DNA from: Zymomonas mobilis subsp. mobilis ATCC 10988 | Lineage (GTDB): Bacteria > Pseudomonadota > Alphaproteobacteria > Sphingomonadales > Sphingomonadaceae | DNA length: 32,000 nucleotides | Direction: 5' to 3' | Assembly (NCBI RefSeq): GCF_000175255.2 | Contig: NC_017262.1 | Span: 30,001 to 62,000, forward strand | Part shown: positions 19,397-28,960 of the stretch, piece by piece | How positions within the stretch are numbered: position 1 is the first letter of the stretch | Layout of the letters: the number at the start of each line of letters is the position of its first letter | The notes under the pieces: model-generated | What the model saw: the letters and a program-made list of their open reading frames with translations, nothing else | What the model was told of the DNA's origin: nothing | Databases searched by the model: none | Made by a program: the position numbers and the translations under genes

Positions 19397-20920
19397 CTAG
19401 CTTAAACAGGCGGAACAAGCTTTCTCTTGAATATAGGCCTGCCATTTTTTCGGGGCTATTTTATGGATATTTTGGCCGTCACTATCGACCGCTACCGTAA
19501 CGGGCATATCCTCAACCTCAAATTCATAAATAGCTTCCATACCCAAATCTTCAAAAGCCAAAATTCTCGCGGATTTGATCGCTTTTGAAATGAGATAAGC
19601 CGCACCCCCGACCGCAATTAAATAAGCGGCCTTATTGTCACGAATGGCCTTGATCGTGGCTTCACCTCTTTCGGCTTTGCCAATCATGCCGATTAATCCA
19701 GTTTCGGCTAATAAACGGGGGGTGAATTTATCCATACGGGTGGCCGTCGTCGGGCCCGCAGGGCCCATCACTTCGCCTTTAACCGGATCAACGGGACCCA
19801 CATAATAGATAAAACGATTTTCAAGATCGACAGGCAAGGCTTGCCCTTGGTCTAACAAATCAACCAGCCTTTTATGGGCAGCATCTCGTCCGGTCAGGAT
19901 TTTACCGGACAGTAATAGGCTGTCTCCAGCCTTCCAATCAGCCATTTCTTCTTTAGTAATGTCGTCAATATTGACCCGTCTAACCGCGCCATCGCTTTTC
20001 TTGGCGATTTCTGGCCAATCATCTAAATGAATTTCCGGCATAATCGCTGCGCCATGCCCATCCAAAGTGATTTCAATATGACGGGTCGCGGCACAATTCG
20101 GTACCAAGGCAATGGGCTTATTCGCGGCATGGGTTGGATAGCTTTCAATTTTGACATCCAAAACCGTGGTCAATCCGCCCAATCCCTGCGCACCAATCCC
20201 CAATTCATTGATCTTACGATATAATTCTAATCTCAAGGCTTCTTCGTGATTTTGTGGGCCTCTTGCCTGCAATTGATGAATATCAATAGATTCCATCGCT
20301 TGGGATTTGGCCATTTCCATAGCCTTTTCGGGATTACCCCCAATCCCGATACCGATAATACCGGGCGGACACCATCCGGCACCTAAATGGGGAATTTGTT
20401 CTAACACCCAATCCACAACGCTATCAGACGGGTTCAGCATCGCAAAACGGGTCTTTGCCTCGCTGCCTCCGCCTTTCGCTGCCAGCCGCAATTTTACCTG
20501 ATCGCCTGCGACTAAATGATGATGAATAATGGCTGGGGTATTGTCACCGGTATTCTTCCGGCTGCCATCGGGATCGGCCACCACTGAATATCGAAGACGA
20601 TTGGAAGGGCAGGTATAGGCTCGTCGCACGCCTTCATTAATCATCTCGTCCAGCGTCATTTCGCCTTCAAAACGCACTCCCATACCGATTTCAGCAAAAA
20701 CGGTGACAATGCCGGTATCCTGACACATGGGGCGCTTGCCGATAGCAGACAGGCGGGAATTGATAAGGATTTGCGCCAGAGCCTCTTTTGCTGCCGGATT
20801 TTCCTCGCGCTGATAGGCTTCATAAAGCGACTGGATAAAATCACGAGGATGATAGCAAGCGATAAACTGTAAAGCATCGGCAACACTATCAATCAGGTCA
20901 TTTTGGCGAATAACGGTCAT
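19397..20920 (-). CDS. fumA: Class I (Fe-S) fumarate hydratase, fused alpha/beta type
   Basis: The start is chosen at the ATG at 20920 (MTVIRQND), preceded by AGGAGG on the minus strand (20931-20936). The ORF-track start at 20980 adds 20 unlikely residues. Motifs include CQDTGI, the Fe-S fumarase N-domain and a C-terminal beta domain (GKAERG, VGGAAY). Confidence 0.9.
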   Translation of the reverse strand: MTVIRQNDLIDSVADALQFIACYHPRDFIQSLYEAYQREENPAAKEALAQILINSRLSAIGKRPMCQDTGIVTVFAEIGMGVRFEGEMTLDEMINEGVRRAYTCPSNRLRYSVVADPDGSRKNTGDNTPAIIHHHLVAGDQVKLRLAAKGGGSEAKTRFAMLNPSDSVVDWVLEQIPHLGAGWCPPGIIGIGIGGNPEKAMEMAKSQAMESIDIHQLQARGPQNHEEALRLELYRKINELGIGAQGLGGLTTVLDVKIESYPTHAANKPIALVPNCAATRHIEITLDGHGAAIMPEIHLDDWPEIAKKSDGAVRRVNIDDITKEEMADWKAGDSLLLSGKILTGRDAAHKRLVDLLDQGQALPVDLENRFIYYVGPVDPVKGEVMGPAGPTTATRMDKFTPRLLAETGLIGMIGKAERGEATIKAIRDNKAAYLIAVGGAAYLISKAIKSARILAFEDLGMEAIYEFEVEDMPVTVAVDSDGQNIHKIAPKKWQAYIQEKACSACLS

Positions 20921-21212
20921 AACAAAAAACGCCTCCTGAACAGAAAGGGCAAGAAAAAGCCGAAAGCTAAAAAAGGCCAATTCATCTTCCGGCGGCGCTA
21001 ACGGATCGTTTCTCCATTCCCTTTCTGAACCAAGGCCGATAGATTTCTGATCCGCTCACTTGATCGGGCGATTGCAGAGATCCATAAAACAGGGCATATC
21101 GCATTTGCCTTCACAAGGTGACAGCAGATAAATATTTTACACTCAAAAAGAAACCGGCAATCTCAAAAGCTTGTCCGACATTCCTGACAGAACAGCCCCT
21201 ATTAAGGTTTCC

Positions 21213-21962
21213 ATGGCGCAAAAAATAAAGAAAAAACGGGTCGATCAACAACTTGTTGAACGGGAAATGGTTGATAGCTTGGCCTTGGCACAGGCCTTGA
21301 TTATGGCCGGAGAAGTCTGGAACAAAGACCGTCGTATTGAAAAAGCAGGGCAGCTTCTACCGATTGATGCGCCGTTGCATCTGAAAGGAAAAGGCCATCC
21401 TTGGGTTTCTCGCGGGGGGATTAAATTAGCGCATGGCCTAAAATATTTCAGCTGGACGGTCGATAACGCCATAGGGCTGGATGTCGGTTCTTCGACCGGC
21501 GGCTTTACCGATGTATTGTTACAATCGGGGGCTGATCGTGTCTATGCGGTAGATTCCGGCACCAATCAAATGGCATGGAAATTACGGCAAGATGATCGGG
21601 TTATCCTATATGAACAGCTAAGTGCGCGCTTGCTGACAACAGACCATATCCCCGAAGAAGTTGATATCGTCGTCTGCGATGTCAGCTTTATTTCGATTAC
21701 CAAACTTTTGGAAATCCCACTTTCTTTTGCCAAAAAAGGCGGTCGTTTATTGGCCTTGGTTAAACCGCAATTTGAAGCCCGAAAAGAGGAAGTCGAAAAA
21801 GGCGGCATCGTCCGCGATCCCGAAGTCAGGCAACGAGTCTGTTCAGAGGTTAAAGCATGGCTGGAAGGTCTCGGTTGGCATGTCATAGGCCTCGAAAAAA
21901 GCCCTATCACCGGCCATGACGGCAATGTCGAATTTCTGCTTGCCGCTGAAAAAATCGGGTAA
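21213..21962 (+). CDS. tlyA: TlyA-family rRNA 2'-O-methyltransferase (S4 + FtsJ-like domains)
   Basis: The ATG at 21213 gives MAQKIKKKRVDQQLVEREMVDSLALAQALIMAGEV (S4-like domain), then GLDVGSSTGGFTDVLLQSGADRVYAVD (SAM site). The ORF-track TTG start at 21171 is less likely. Confidence 0.85.
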   Translation: MAQKIKKKRVDQQLVEREMVDSLALAQALIMAGEVWNKDRRIEKAGQLLPIDAPLHLKGKGHPWVSRGGIKLAHGLKYFSWTVDNAIGLDVGSSTGGFTDVLLQSGADRVYAVDSGTNQMAWKLRQDDRVILYEQLSARLLTTDHIPEEVDIVVCDVSFISITKLLEIPLSFAKKGGRLLALVKPQFEARKEEVEKGGIVRDPEVRQRVCSEVKAWLEGLGWHVIGLEKSPITGHDGNVEFLLAAEKIG

Positions 21963-21989
21963 ATTTATTCGACAAGCGCTTTAAAGCGC

Positions 21990-22004
21990 GGATAAAATTT
22001 ATCC
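21990..22004. promoter_or_regulatory. Perfect 15-bp palindrome GGATAAAATTTATCC, first of a cluster of GGATAA/TTATCC motifs
   Basis: Read directly from the sequence. Further copies are GGATAAAA (22057-22064), TTTTATCC (22074-22081) and TTTATCC (22082-22088), all upstream of the ubiK-like gene. Confidence 0.3.
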
Positions 22005-22167
22005 TATCAGAAATCCTCGACTGTCATCGCTTGAATGAAGTCATTTTTATGTGACAGGATAAAATATTTCCGGTTTTATCCTTTATCCGCAACAACAAGA
22101 TACTTGTAACCGGCTATGATAACCGTCACATCTGTTCTTTAAACGCCGTTAAAGAGTGGAATAGACA

Positions 22168-22383
22168 ATGCAGACAGAAAACCATCTGATTGATGACCTC
22201 GTTAAAGTTATCAATGGCGCGGCCGGTACCTTTGTCGGTATGGGACGCGAAGCTGAAAATGTTTTAAAAGATCGTTTGCGGGAATGGATCGGCGGCCTTG
22301 ATTTTGTCAGCCGGGATGAATTTGAAACGCTGAAAATGCGCGTCGAAGCCTTGGAAGCCGCTTCTAAAAAAGACAACGCCTGA
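22168..22383 (+). CDS. ubiK: UbiK/YqiC-family accessory factor (BMFP-like coiled coil)
   Basis: 71-aa ORF. The run DDLVKVINGAAGTFVGMGREAENVLKDRLREWIGGLDFVSRDEFETLKMRVEALE matches the UbiK family pattern. It lies upstream of ybjN-proC. Confidence 0.7.
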   Translation: MQTENHLIDDLVKVINGAAGTFVGMGREAENVLKDRLREWIGGLDFVSRDEFETLKMRVEALEAASKKDNA

Positions 22384-22511
22384 AAATAAAAGGCTGATAG
22401 CGGTGTTATTAGCTCCAAAAAGCGAATAAACGCTGATCTTTCGCGTGAATTTTTGATATATATCCGCTAATCAGCCTTTACTATTTCATTCTGCCTTGTA
22501 GGGGGCTTGTC

Positions 22512-23021
22512 GTGATTACTGACGAATATGAGTTCGCCCATGATGATTTCGGGCCACTCGAGATGCTGGAACAATATTTTTCGGCACATGGCTGGACTCA
22601 TGAGCGTCAAAGCGATGATGAGGTGATTGCCCATTTCCAAGGCAGTTGGGCGCAATATGAATTACGGGCAATCTGGCGGGAAGAAGATAATGTCCTTCAA
22701 TTTCTCGCTTTGCCTGATATTCGGGTTTCACCGGATCGTCACGCTGTCTTGTATGAAACCTTGGGGCTTATCAATGAACAGCTCTGGATTGGCCATTTTG
22801 AAATGTGGTCAACTTCCGGCATTGTTCTGTTCCGTCATGCCGTCTTGCTAGATGATGACAGCGAAACGGCACTTTCCTTGATTCAAGCTGGAACCGTGGT
22901 CGAAGCCGCCATAGATGAATGTGAACGCTTCTATCCGGTGTTCCAATTCGTGCTTTGGGCAAATAAAAAACCGTCCGAAGCTATTGCCGCTGCCCTGATC
23001 GAAACCATCGGGGAAGCCTAA
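22512..23021 (+). CDS. YbjN-domain protein
   Basis: 169-aa ORF with a GTG start after GGGGG (22501-22505). It is acidic and has YbjN-like content (LEMLEQYFSAHGW ... LWIGHFEMW ... FRHAVLL). It occupies the conserved position upstream of proC. Confidence 0.65.
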   Translation: MITDEYEFAHDDFGPLEMLEQYFSAHGWTHERQSDDEVIAHFQGSWAQYELRAIWREEDNVLQFLALPDIRVSPDRHAVLYETLGLINEQLWIGHFEMWSTSGIVLFRHAVLLDDDSETALSLIQAGTVVEAAIDECERFYPVFQFVLWANKKPSEAIAAALIETIGEA

Positions 23022-23071
23022 AGGCATAAAGACCGTTTTCTGACTGATTTTTGACAAAAAGTGATAGCTTT

Positions 23072-23926
23072 ATGAGTGATACCGCATCAGATTCCGCTCC
23101 TTTGTTACCCAAAGACCAAGCCCCTTTCTGGGCATTCGGTGCCGGTAACATGGCAGGCAGTATGATAAGCTGCTGGCTCAATAATGGGCTTAATCCCAAA
23201 GATATGCTGGTTATCCGTCCCTCCGGCAAACCCGTTGCCGAAGGGGTCAAGGTTGTTACCAGTCTGCCAGAAGACGGTTCTACACCGGCCACTTTACTTT
23301 TGGGTGTCAAGCCGCAAATGCTGCCCCAGATTGCTCCGGCATTGGCGCCCTATATCACGGAAAAGACAACTCTGATTTCCATTCTAGCCGGCGTAGAATT
23401 GGAAACTTTGCGGCATTTCTTCCCGAAAGCCAAAAGCATTGTTCGTGCCATGCCCAATCTTCCGGTGGCGTTAGGGAAGGGCGTTGTTGCCCTTTGCACT
23501 GACAAGCTGACGGATGAACAGCGCAAATGCATTGAAAAATTGGCTTCAACGCTTGGTATCTTTGAATGGGTCAACGAAAACCAGTTTGATACTGCCACGG
23601 CACTGGCCGGATGCGGGCCCGCTTTTGTTTATCGCTTCATTGATGCCTTGGCACAGGCTGGACAAAAATTGGGGCTGACTGCGGATCAGGCTTTACCCAT
23701 GGCTATCGCTACAGTCGAAGGCGCGGCCAGCATGGCAAAACAAGCCGATATTACACCGGCTGAACTGGCTGATAAAGTTGCTAGTCCGGGGGGCAGCACG
23801 CGGAAAGGTATGGATGTCCTTGATAAGGATGAAGCCTTATATCAATTGATGGATGCGACCTTAGAGGCGTCTTTCAAACAAAACCGCTATATGGCCGAAA
23901 AAGCCAAAGAGACTATCGCGCAATAA
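23072..23926 (+). CDS. proC: Pyrroline-5-carboxylate reductase
   Basis: The ATG at 23072 is chosen; the ORF is open from a TTG at 23051. Motifs are FGAGNMAGSMI (NADP site), LLLGVKPQ, ASPGGSTRKG and a C-terminal dimerisation domain. Confidence 0.9.
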   Translation: MSDTASDSAPLLPKDQAPFWAFGAGNMAGSMISCWLNNGLNPKDMLVIRPSGKPVAEGVKVVTSLPEDGSTPATLLLGVKPQMLPQIAPALAPYITEKTTLISILAGVELETLRHFFPKAKSIVRAMPNLPVALGKGVVALCTDKLTDEQRKCIEKLASTLGIFEWVNENQFDTATALAGCGPAFVYRFIDALAQAGQKLGLTADQALPMAIATVEGAASMAKQADITPAELADKVASPGGSTRKGMDVLDKDEALYQLMDATLEASFKQNRYMAEKAKETIAQ

Positions 23927-23971
23927 GCCGATTATAACTCTCTATTTTGAGATAGTTTTGAAATTCCTTTT

Positions 23972-24008
23972 AACGCGCAGTTTTTCAGAAAGCTGCGCGT
24001 TTTTTATT
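23972..24008 (+). terminator. Rho-independent terminator after proC
   Basis: AACGCGCAG (23972-23980), a 12-nt loop, CTGCGCGTT (23993-24001), then a T run (TTTTATT). Confidence 0.7.
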
Positions 24009-24052
24009 CTCAAGCCTTCGCTAAATCCGATCATCTCTCTCAATAGCCGCGA

Positions 24053-24703
24053 TTAGAAAGCCTCTTTTGATTGCAAGACTTCTAAAAAATGCGGGAAACG
24101 ATCGGCTAAAGCCTGATCGACATCGCTCATACTCACCTTTTTCCCTAAGGCATGAAGGCTGGTCACGCCGAATTCACTGATACCGCAAGGAATAATACCA
24201 GAAAAATGCTCAAGATCAGGGCATATATTTAAAGAAAAGCCGTGAAAACTAATCCAACGCCGAACTCGGATACCAATCGCTCCAATTTTAGCTTCGCCGT
24301 CAGGCGTATCGACCCAAATCCCGATCCGTTCAGGATGACTATAGGCCGTCACCCCAAATTCAGCGAGGCTCTCAATCACCCATTTTTCAATAGAATGAAC
24401 AAAACGTCGAATATCATTACCGTGTTTTCGGATATCCATCATTAAATATCCAATCCGCTGACCGGGACCATGATAGGTATAACGCCCCCCACGTTCCGCG
24501 GGATAAACCGGGAAACGATCAGGCATTAACAATTCCCGCCTATCCGCACTACTTCCGGCGGTATAAAGCGGCGGATGCTGCAAAAACCACAGCATTTCAG
24601 AGGCTTCCTGATTGGCAATATCCGCCACCCGTTTCGTCATTTCTGAACGGGCATATTCGTAATCTGTCAGCCCCTCACTGACCCGCCATTCAATAGAAGA
24701 CAT
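24053..24703 (-). CDS. lipB: Octanoyltransferase (lipoyl(octanoyl) transferase)
   Basis: 216-aa ORF with LQHPPLYTAG, RGGRYTYHGPGQ, KIGAIGIRV and IIPCGI motifs. Confidence 0.95.
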   Translation of the reverse strand: MSSIEWRVSEGLTDYEYARSEMTKRVADIANQEASEMLWFLQHPPLYTAGSSADRRELLMPDRFPVYPAERGGRYTYHGPGQRIGYLMMDIRKHGNDIRRFVHSIEKWVIESLAEFGVTAYSHPERIGIWVDTPDGEAKIGAIGIRVRRWISFHGFSLNICPDLEHFSGIIPCGISEFGVTSLHALGKKVSMSDVDQALADRFPHFLEVLQSKEAF

Positions 24704-24830
24704 GCTGTATCCGTTTCGATATTTTGATTATTTTTTAAGGTCATCATGCCTAATTCACAGAGCTTCTACTGCAAATAGCTTCAAAGGCAAAATCAAAGAC
24801 CAGAAGCCCTTCCGAGAATATCGAATAGAT

Positions 24831-24864
24831 TTTTAAAAAGGCTAGAGTAATCTTACTCTAGCCT
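24831..24864 (-). terminator. Rho-independent terminator candidate downstream of the TonB-dependent receptor
   Basis: A perfect 11-bp stem AGGCTAGAGTA (24839-24849) / TACTCTAGCCT (24854-24864) with a 4-nt loop. The minus strand continues with TTTTAAAAAT. Confidence 0.6.
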
Positions 24865-24878
24865 TATGATAGCCAATC

Positions 24879-27308
24879 TTACAAATTTACGTCGACTTTA
24901 AAATAATAGAATCCGCCGTTGATTCCTAATTGTGAAGTATCCATTACGTATTTTTCTGTCCCTAAATAACGATGTGCCAGAGGGACACGGCTAGGATAGG
25001 TATTAAACAGATTATTCGCACCGGCCGTCAAAGATAGCTTGGCATTAACCCGATAAGTTATATCCAAATTGGTTGTATATTTTACCCGATTATGAAAAGC
25101 GACGAAGTCGTAATTCGATAATATATCGCTATTAGCGGTGCCACCATAATAGGATAGCTGCGAGGTTGTATGTCCCCAGCGGATTTCATGTAAACCGACA
25201 ATCCATTTTTTATCGCCACTGGTAAACTGACCACCCCAGATAATTTTACTACGTGGATAAGCGGTAGTGATATAGGCAATGCTTTGCTTGGTCAGAAGAT
25301 CATTGCCATCAGCATCTTTTCCCTGATGCGTTAAAATAGTGCGATTGATATTGGCTGACACACTCCAGTCAATATGACCAATATCACCAAGATAGGTCGG
25401 GTAGGTGGCCGTAATATCAATACCTCTGGTGCGGGTATTGGCGACATTGGCAAACCAATGGGTCGAAATAGAGGCCGCCGTCCAGCTTCCTGCATCCATC
25501 GGCAAGGAAAACCCATTCATGGCAAGCGCACTTAAAGCCTGATTGCCATAGACATTGCCTCCGGGCAAAATTTGGCCACGCAGCTTAATTTGATAAAGGT
25601 CAGCCGTGATATGTAGCCTTTTGATCGGTTCAAAAGTAACACCGGCTGTAATATTGGTTGAATGTTCCGGCTTCAATTTTTTGGAACCATTAGCGAGTGC
25701 ACCGACTGAATTCGGACTGATAATCCCATCCGCAGAGGTAGGTGACACCGCAACCGCACTATAATTTTCTTGTGCCAAAGTCGGGGCATGAAAGGCGTTT
25801 GAAATGGTGCCTCTGAATCCTAACCATTTGAAAGGATCATAACGCAAAGCCACTTTTCCGGTTTTAGCGCTGCCAACATCGGAATAATGCTCGTAACGTC
25901 CTGCGACATCAATTTGTAACTGTTTGACCAAATGGGTCGCTACATCGAAATAACCGCCAAAGACATTCCGGCTGAATTTGCCTGCACTTGCCGCTGATAT
26001 CCCTGGTAAAGCCTCTGATCCACCACCATAAAGGGAATCCGCCGACCCGACCCCAATGGTATAGCTTTCATAGCGATGGGTTCCACCACCCGCGACATTA
26101 ATTTCATGAGGCCAGCCATCAATATGAAAGGCCTTGCTGAAATCAATCGAGTTACTCCATTGCTGGTTATTAAAACGCTGAACCCCCTTAAATGTCGTGG
26201 GCGTTCTTCCTGTATCGGCTTCTATCTGCCGGTTTGAAGAGTTTTTTAAACCGATCGTATTATAGTCACGCCCATAGACGCTAGAAACATCCCAATTCCA
26301 ACCTTTGATCGTGCCTTTCAGACCGCCCATAATTTCTCAATCATTTTCATTCATGGTTTCTATGGGTGAATATCCGTTAGGATAGATCGCCGAATAACCG
26401 GGATATCCGGCCAAACTACTGGCTAGGCGATAATTTTCAAAGGCTTCGGAATAGCGATGAGCATAAGTCGCTAAACCATAGGCTTCGATATTATCGGTAA
26501 TTTCGTAGCCACCTTTAATCGCAAAACTTTCCCGTGTCTGTTCGGGCTGCCCTAATAATTTGTTGTCTTTTTTACCCGTTCTTAAATCAGCAGCACTGCG
26601 ATAACTATGATTCTGACGCAGAAAATCACCACTGACATGAAGGTAACCGCGTGATCCCAGCTTGGTGCCGCCATCAAGATAAACACCCTGTTGAAAGCCA
26701 TCTTTGGCTGCGGTTACGCCTGTCACAGTTTGGGCATGAAAACCATGATCTTGTTTTTTCAGGATAATGTTCACAACGCCAGCCACTGCATCTGAGCCAT
26801 ATTGTGCAGAGGCACCATCTCGTAATACTTCGATATGATCGATCGCCGCCATTGGTATCATATCAATATCGACGGGGGTTGTGCCTTGTTGGGGGCCTGA
26901 ATCAGCATAAAGATTGGCGGTGGTATGGCGGCGTTTGCCATCAACCAGAACAAGGGTTTCGTTGGCGTTTAACCCTCTCAGGCTGATAGAATCCGTTAAA
27001 GCGCCGCTATCATATCCTCCATTGGGAACACTCAAAGAAGGCAGTAATTGCGTCAAGGCATTGCGTAAGCTGGGCATACCTGTCTGGGTAAGCTGCTTGG
27101 CTGAAATAATATCGATAGGCGATATACTCTCACGGGCTTTTTTGCCGGTTTCACGGGTGCCGGTAACGATGATAGCATCACCATTGTTATTAGACGCAGC
27201 ATCCGTTTGTTCAGCTGCAAAGCTCGCATATGGGTATTGAAAAATAGTCCATGAAAGCGAAAAGAAAAAGCTTCCTTTTTTAATAAAATTTTTCATACCC
27301 CACCCCAA
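24879..27308 (-). pseudogene. TonB-dependent outer membrane receptor interrupted by one in-frame TGA
   Basis: The upstream ORF (27308-26337) carries a signal peptide, a TonB-box-like DAIIVTG and the plug domain (LRGLNANETLVLVDGKR, IEVLRDGASAQYGSDAVAGVVNII). The downstream ORF (26330-24879) is the beta-barrel. The two are in the same frame, separated only by TGA (26339-26337) plus 2 codons: ...NEND*EIMGGLKG... Confidence 0.8.
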
Positions 27309-27571
27309 TTATTATAAAATTAATTCCTTATATTTTAATTTTTTCTTCCATTTATTTTGAAATTTTATTGTCTTAAAATAAAATATTTATAACAACATTT
27401 CTTATTTTACTAATAATTTGCATCTTTTCAATAGAAAGTAATGAATATCCCGTTTATTTTGAAATTTAAATGCTAAAATATTGATTTTTTAGGGTTTTTA
27501 TTTTTTAAAAATGATAATTTATAAAAAAATGAAAATTGGTCGGGTTGACTATAATCAGCAAAAATTAGGTG

Positions 27572-27595
27572 AAAATTTATTTTAAAATAAATTTT
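27572..27595. repeat. Perfect 24-bp A/T-only palindrome AAAATTTATTTTAAAATAAATTTT
   Basis: Read directly: the sequence equals its own reverse complement over all 24 positions. It lies in the 620-bp AT-rich gap between the receptor gene and the next CDS. Confidence 0.6.
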
Positions 27596-27929
27596 ATACA
27601 TCCCATAGACTTTAATGATTTTACTTTTATCCAAGCACAATGCTGCTTTTTTAAAGGGATATGCTGACCTGATAGGGTGGTTTTCTACATCGGACGATAA
27701 TGCAATTACCGTCCTTTTTCTTAATGGCAGCGGTTCAGATTCTGCCTTTTCTCTATTTTCAATCCCAAGGCTTTTGCTTTGGATTAAAAAATCCTTCATA
27801 GAAGGCGAGGGGACAAAAAAGCCGGATAGCCTTTTTTATAAAAACGCGTTTATTTTAATATCCAAGCCCCTGTAACGGCTTCATTATCAAAACTGACATA
27901 ACGCAGAATTTCGGGTTAATAAGGAAAAA

Positions 27930-28685
27930 TTGGTGCCTTCTTTTCGCATAAACAATCTTATCATTGATAGCTGGGCTTTCCTCAAACGAGAGATCAAGCT
28001 GATTACGCCGGTGGCGCTATCGACTATCGGCTTTGGCAATCTTCTGATTTTGTTGCTTTTTCCGACAACGCCCATGATGGAAGCCGGAAGTCAGCCGCGT
28101 CTTTTCCCGCTGCTGGTTTTACTGATCGGGGGCAGTTTCAATCTGATTGGTATTCTGGCTCTGTCGCGCTTAACCCTTATTGGGGGCGAAACCGTCAAAG
28201 ACGCTTTTAAAGTAGCGCTGAATCGTCTGATTTCGATTTTTGCCTTTTTGTTTACGATTTCGATTTTGTTATCGCTGACCCTTATTTTGGTTGGGACATT
28301 CCTGTTAAAATTATATGCAGCGCATCATTTTCCGGTTTCAACCTCAATGCTTTTGAGCTTGGGCGGCCTATGCGTCATGCTTTTTCTGGCACTTCAGGTC
28401 AAATTCTTTTTCTGGTATCCGATGATGGCTGAAAAAGATTCCGCTTTTCAGGCTATCAAACATAGTTTTTCTTTAACGCGCGGGCTTTTCTGGCCGTTGC
28501 TTTTAATTTTATTGCCTTTTTTAATCGGTGATTATGGTCTGTCGAGAATTTTAGGACTAGCCGCCTCAATGTCGATCTCGCTGAAAATGGCAGTGAGTAT
28601 TCTCGTAGTATTGCTGACGACCGCCATCAGCACAATGCAGGTTATTATTCAGGCAACATTATACAAAATTGCTAAACTAGAATGA
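27930..28685 (+). CDS. Multi-pass inner membrane protein, function unknown
   Basis: 251-aa ORF with at least 6 hydrophobic helices by eye. AAGGA (27921-27925) precedes the possible starts TTG 27930 and GTG 27933. No catalytic motif was recognised. Confidence 0.6.
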   Translation: MVPSFRINNLIIDSWAFLKREIKLITPVALSTIGFGNLLILLLFPTTPMMEAGSQPRLFPLLVLLIGGSFNLIGILALSRLTLIGGETVKDAFKVALNRLISIFAFLFTISILLSLTLILVGTFLLKLYAAHHFPVSTSMLLSLGGLCVMLFLALQVKFFFWYPMMAEKDSAFQAIKHSFSLTRGLFWPLLLILLPFLIGDYGLSRILGLAASMSISLKMAVSILVVLLTTAISTMQVIIQATLYKIAKLE

Positions 28686-28778
28686 AATGCCACGCAATTC
28701 GAATTGATTATATAACATTTTAGCTCCCCTCTTCCGATCATCTCAGGCATGACAATAGAAATACATCTCGACGATCAA

Positions 28779-28960
28779 CTAAGCTAAGTAATACTGCAAC
28801 AGCATGACGTAGGTTTTGATCAACTCGCCTTTTACGAAATGAACCACTACTGCTTTTTCGGTAATTACTATCGCCCCCAGGCGAAGGATAGAATGGCTGG
28901 GAAGGAAAAAAACGTCGAAACCCCTGGTGCCTGTTCTGCATGCCGAGCAATTTTCTGTAG
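28779..28960 (-). pseudogene. Possible C-terminal remnant of a tyrosine recombinase/integrase (frameshifted)
   Basis: One minus-strand frame reads RHQGFRRFF (resembling the HxxR box). An overlapping frame then reads ...AIVITEKAVVVHFVKGELIKTYVMLLQYYLA*, which has His-x9-Tyr spacing like the LGH...Y catalytic tail. No intact ORF exists, and the N-terminal 250+ codons are absent. Confidence 0.3.

Noticed and set aside
21963-22167. GGATAA/TTATCC cluster as a replication origin
   Set aside because: There is only one near-consensus DnaA box, no adjacent AT-rich unwinding repeats and no origin-linked genes (hemE, dnaA, parAB) nearby. It is treated as a possible operator instead.
26328-26345. In-frame TGA of the receptor as selenocysteine or programmed recoding
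   Set aside because: No convincing SECIS-like hairpin is visible immediately downstream. Outer-membrane receptors are not known selenoproteins. A nonsense mutation or sequencing error is the simpler reading.
27400-27535. Possible Fur box upstream of the TonB-dependent receptor (TAATAATTTGCAT, AATGATAATTTATAA)
   Set aside because: These are only partial hexamer matches (GATAAT) in DNA that is almost pure A/T. That is not distinguishable from chance without a genome-specific matrix.
27473-27875. 108-aa (minus) and 86-aa (plus) ORFs in the AT-rich gap
   Set aside because: They are mutually antisense and lack ribosome-binding sites. The C-terminal half of the 108-aa ORF is just translated A/T runs (KIYFKINFHLIF...). 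They are possibly a decayed remnant but cannot be supported as genes.
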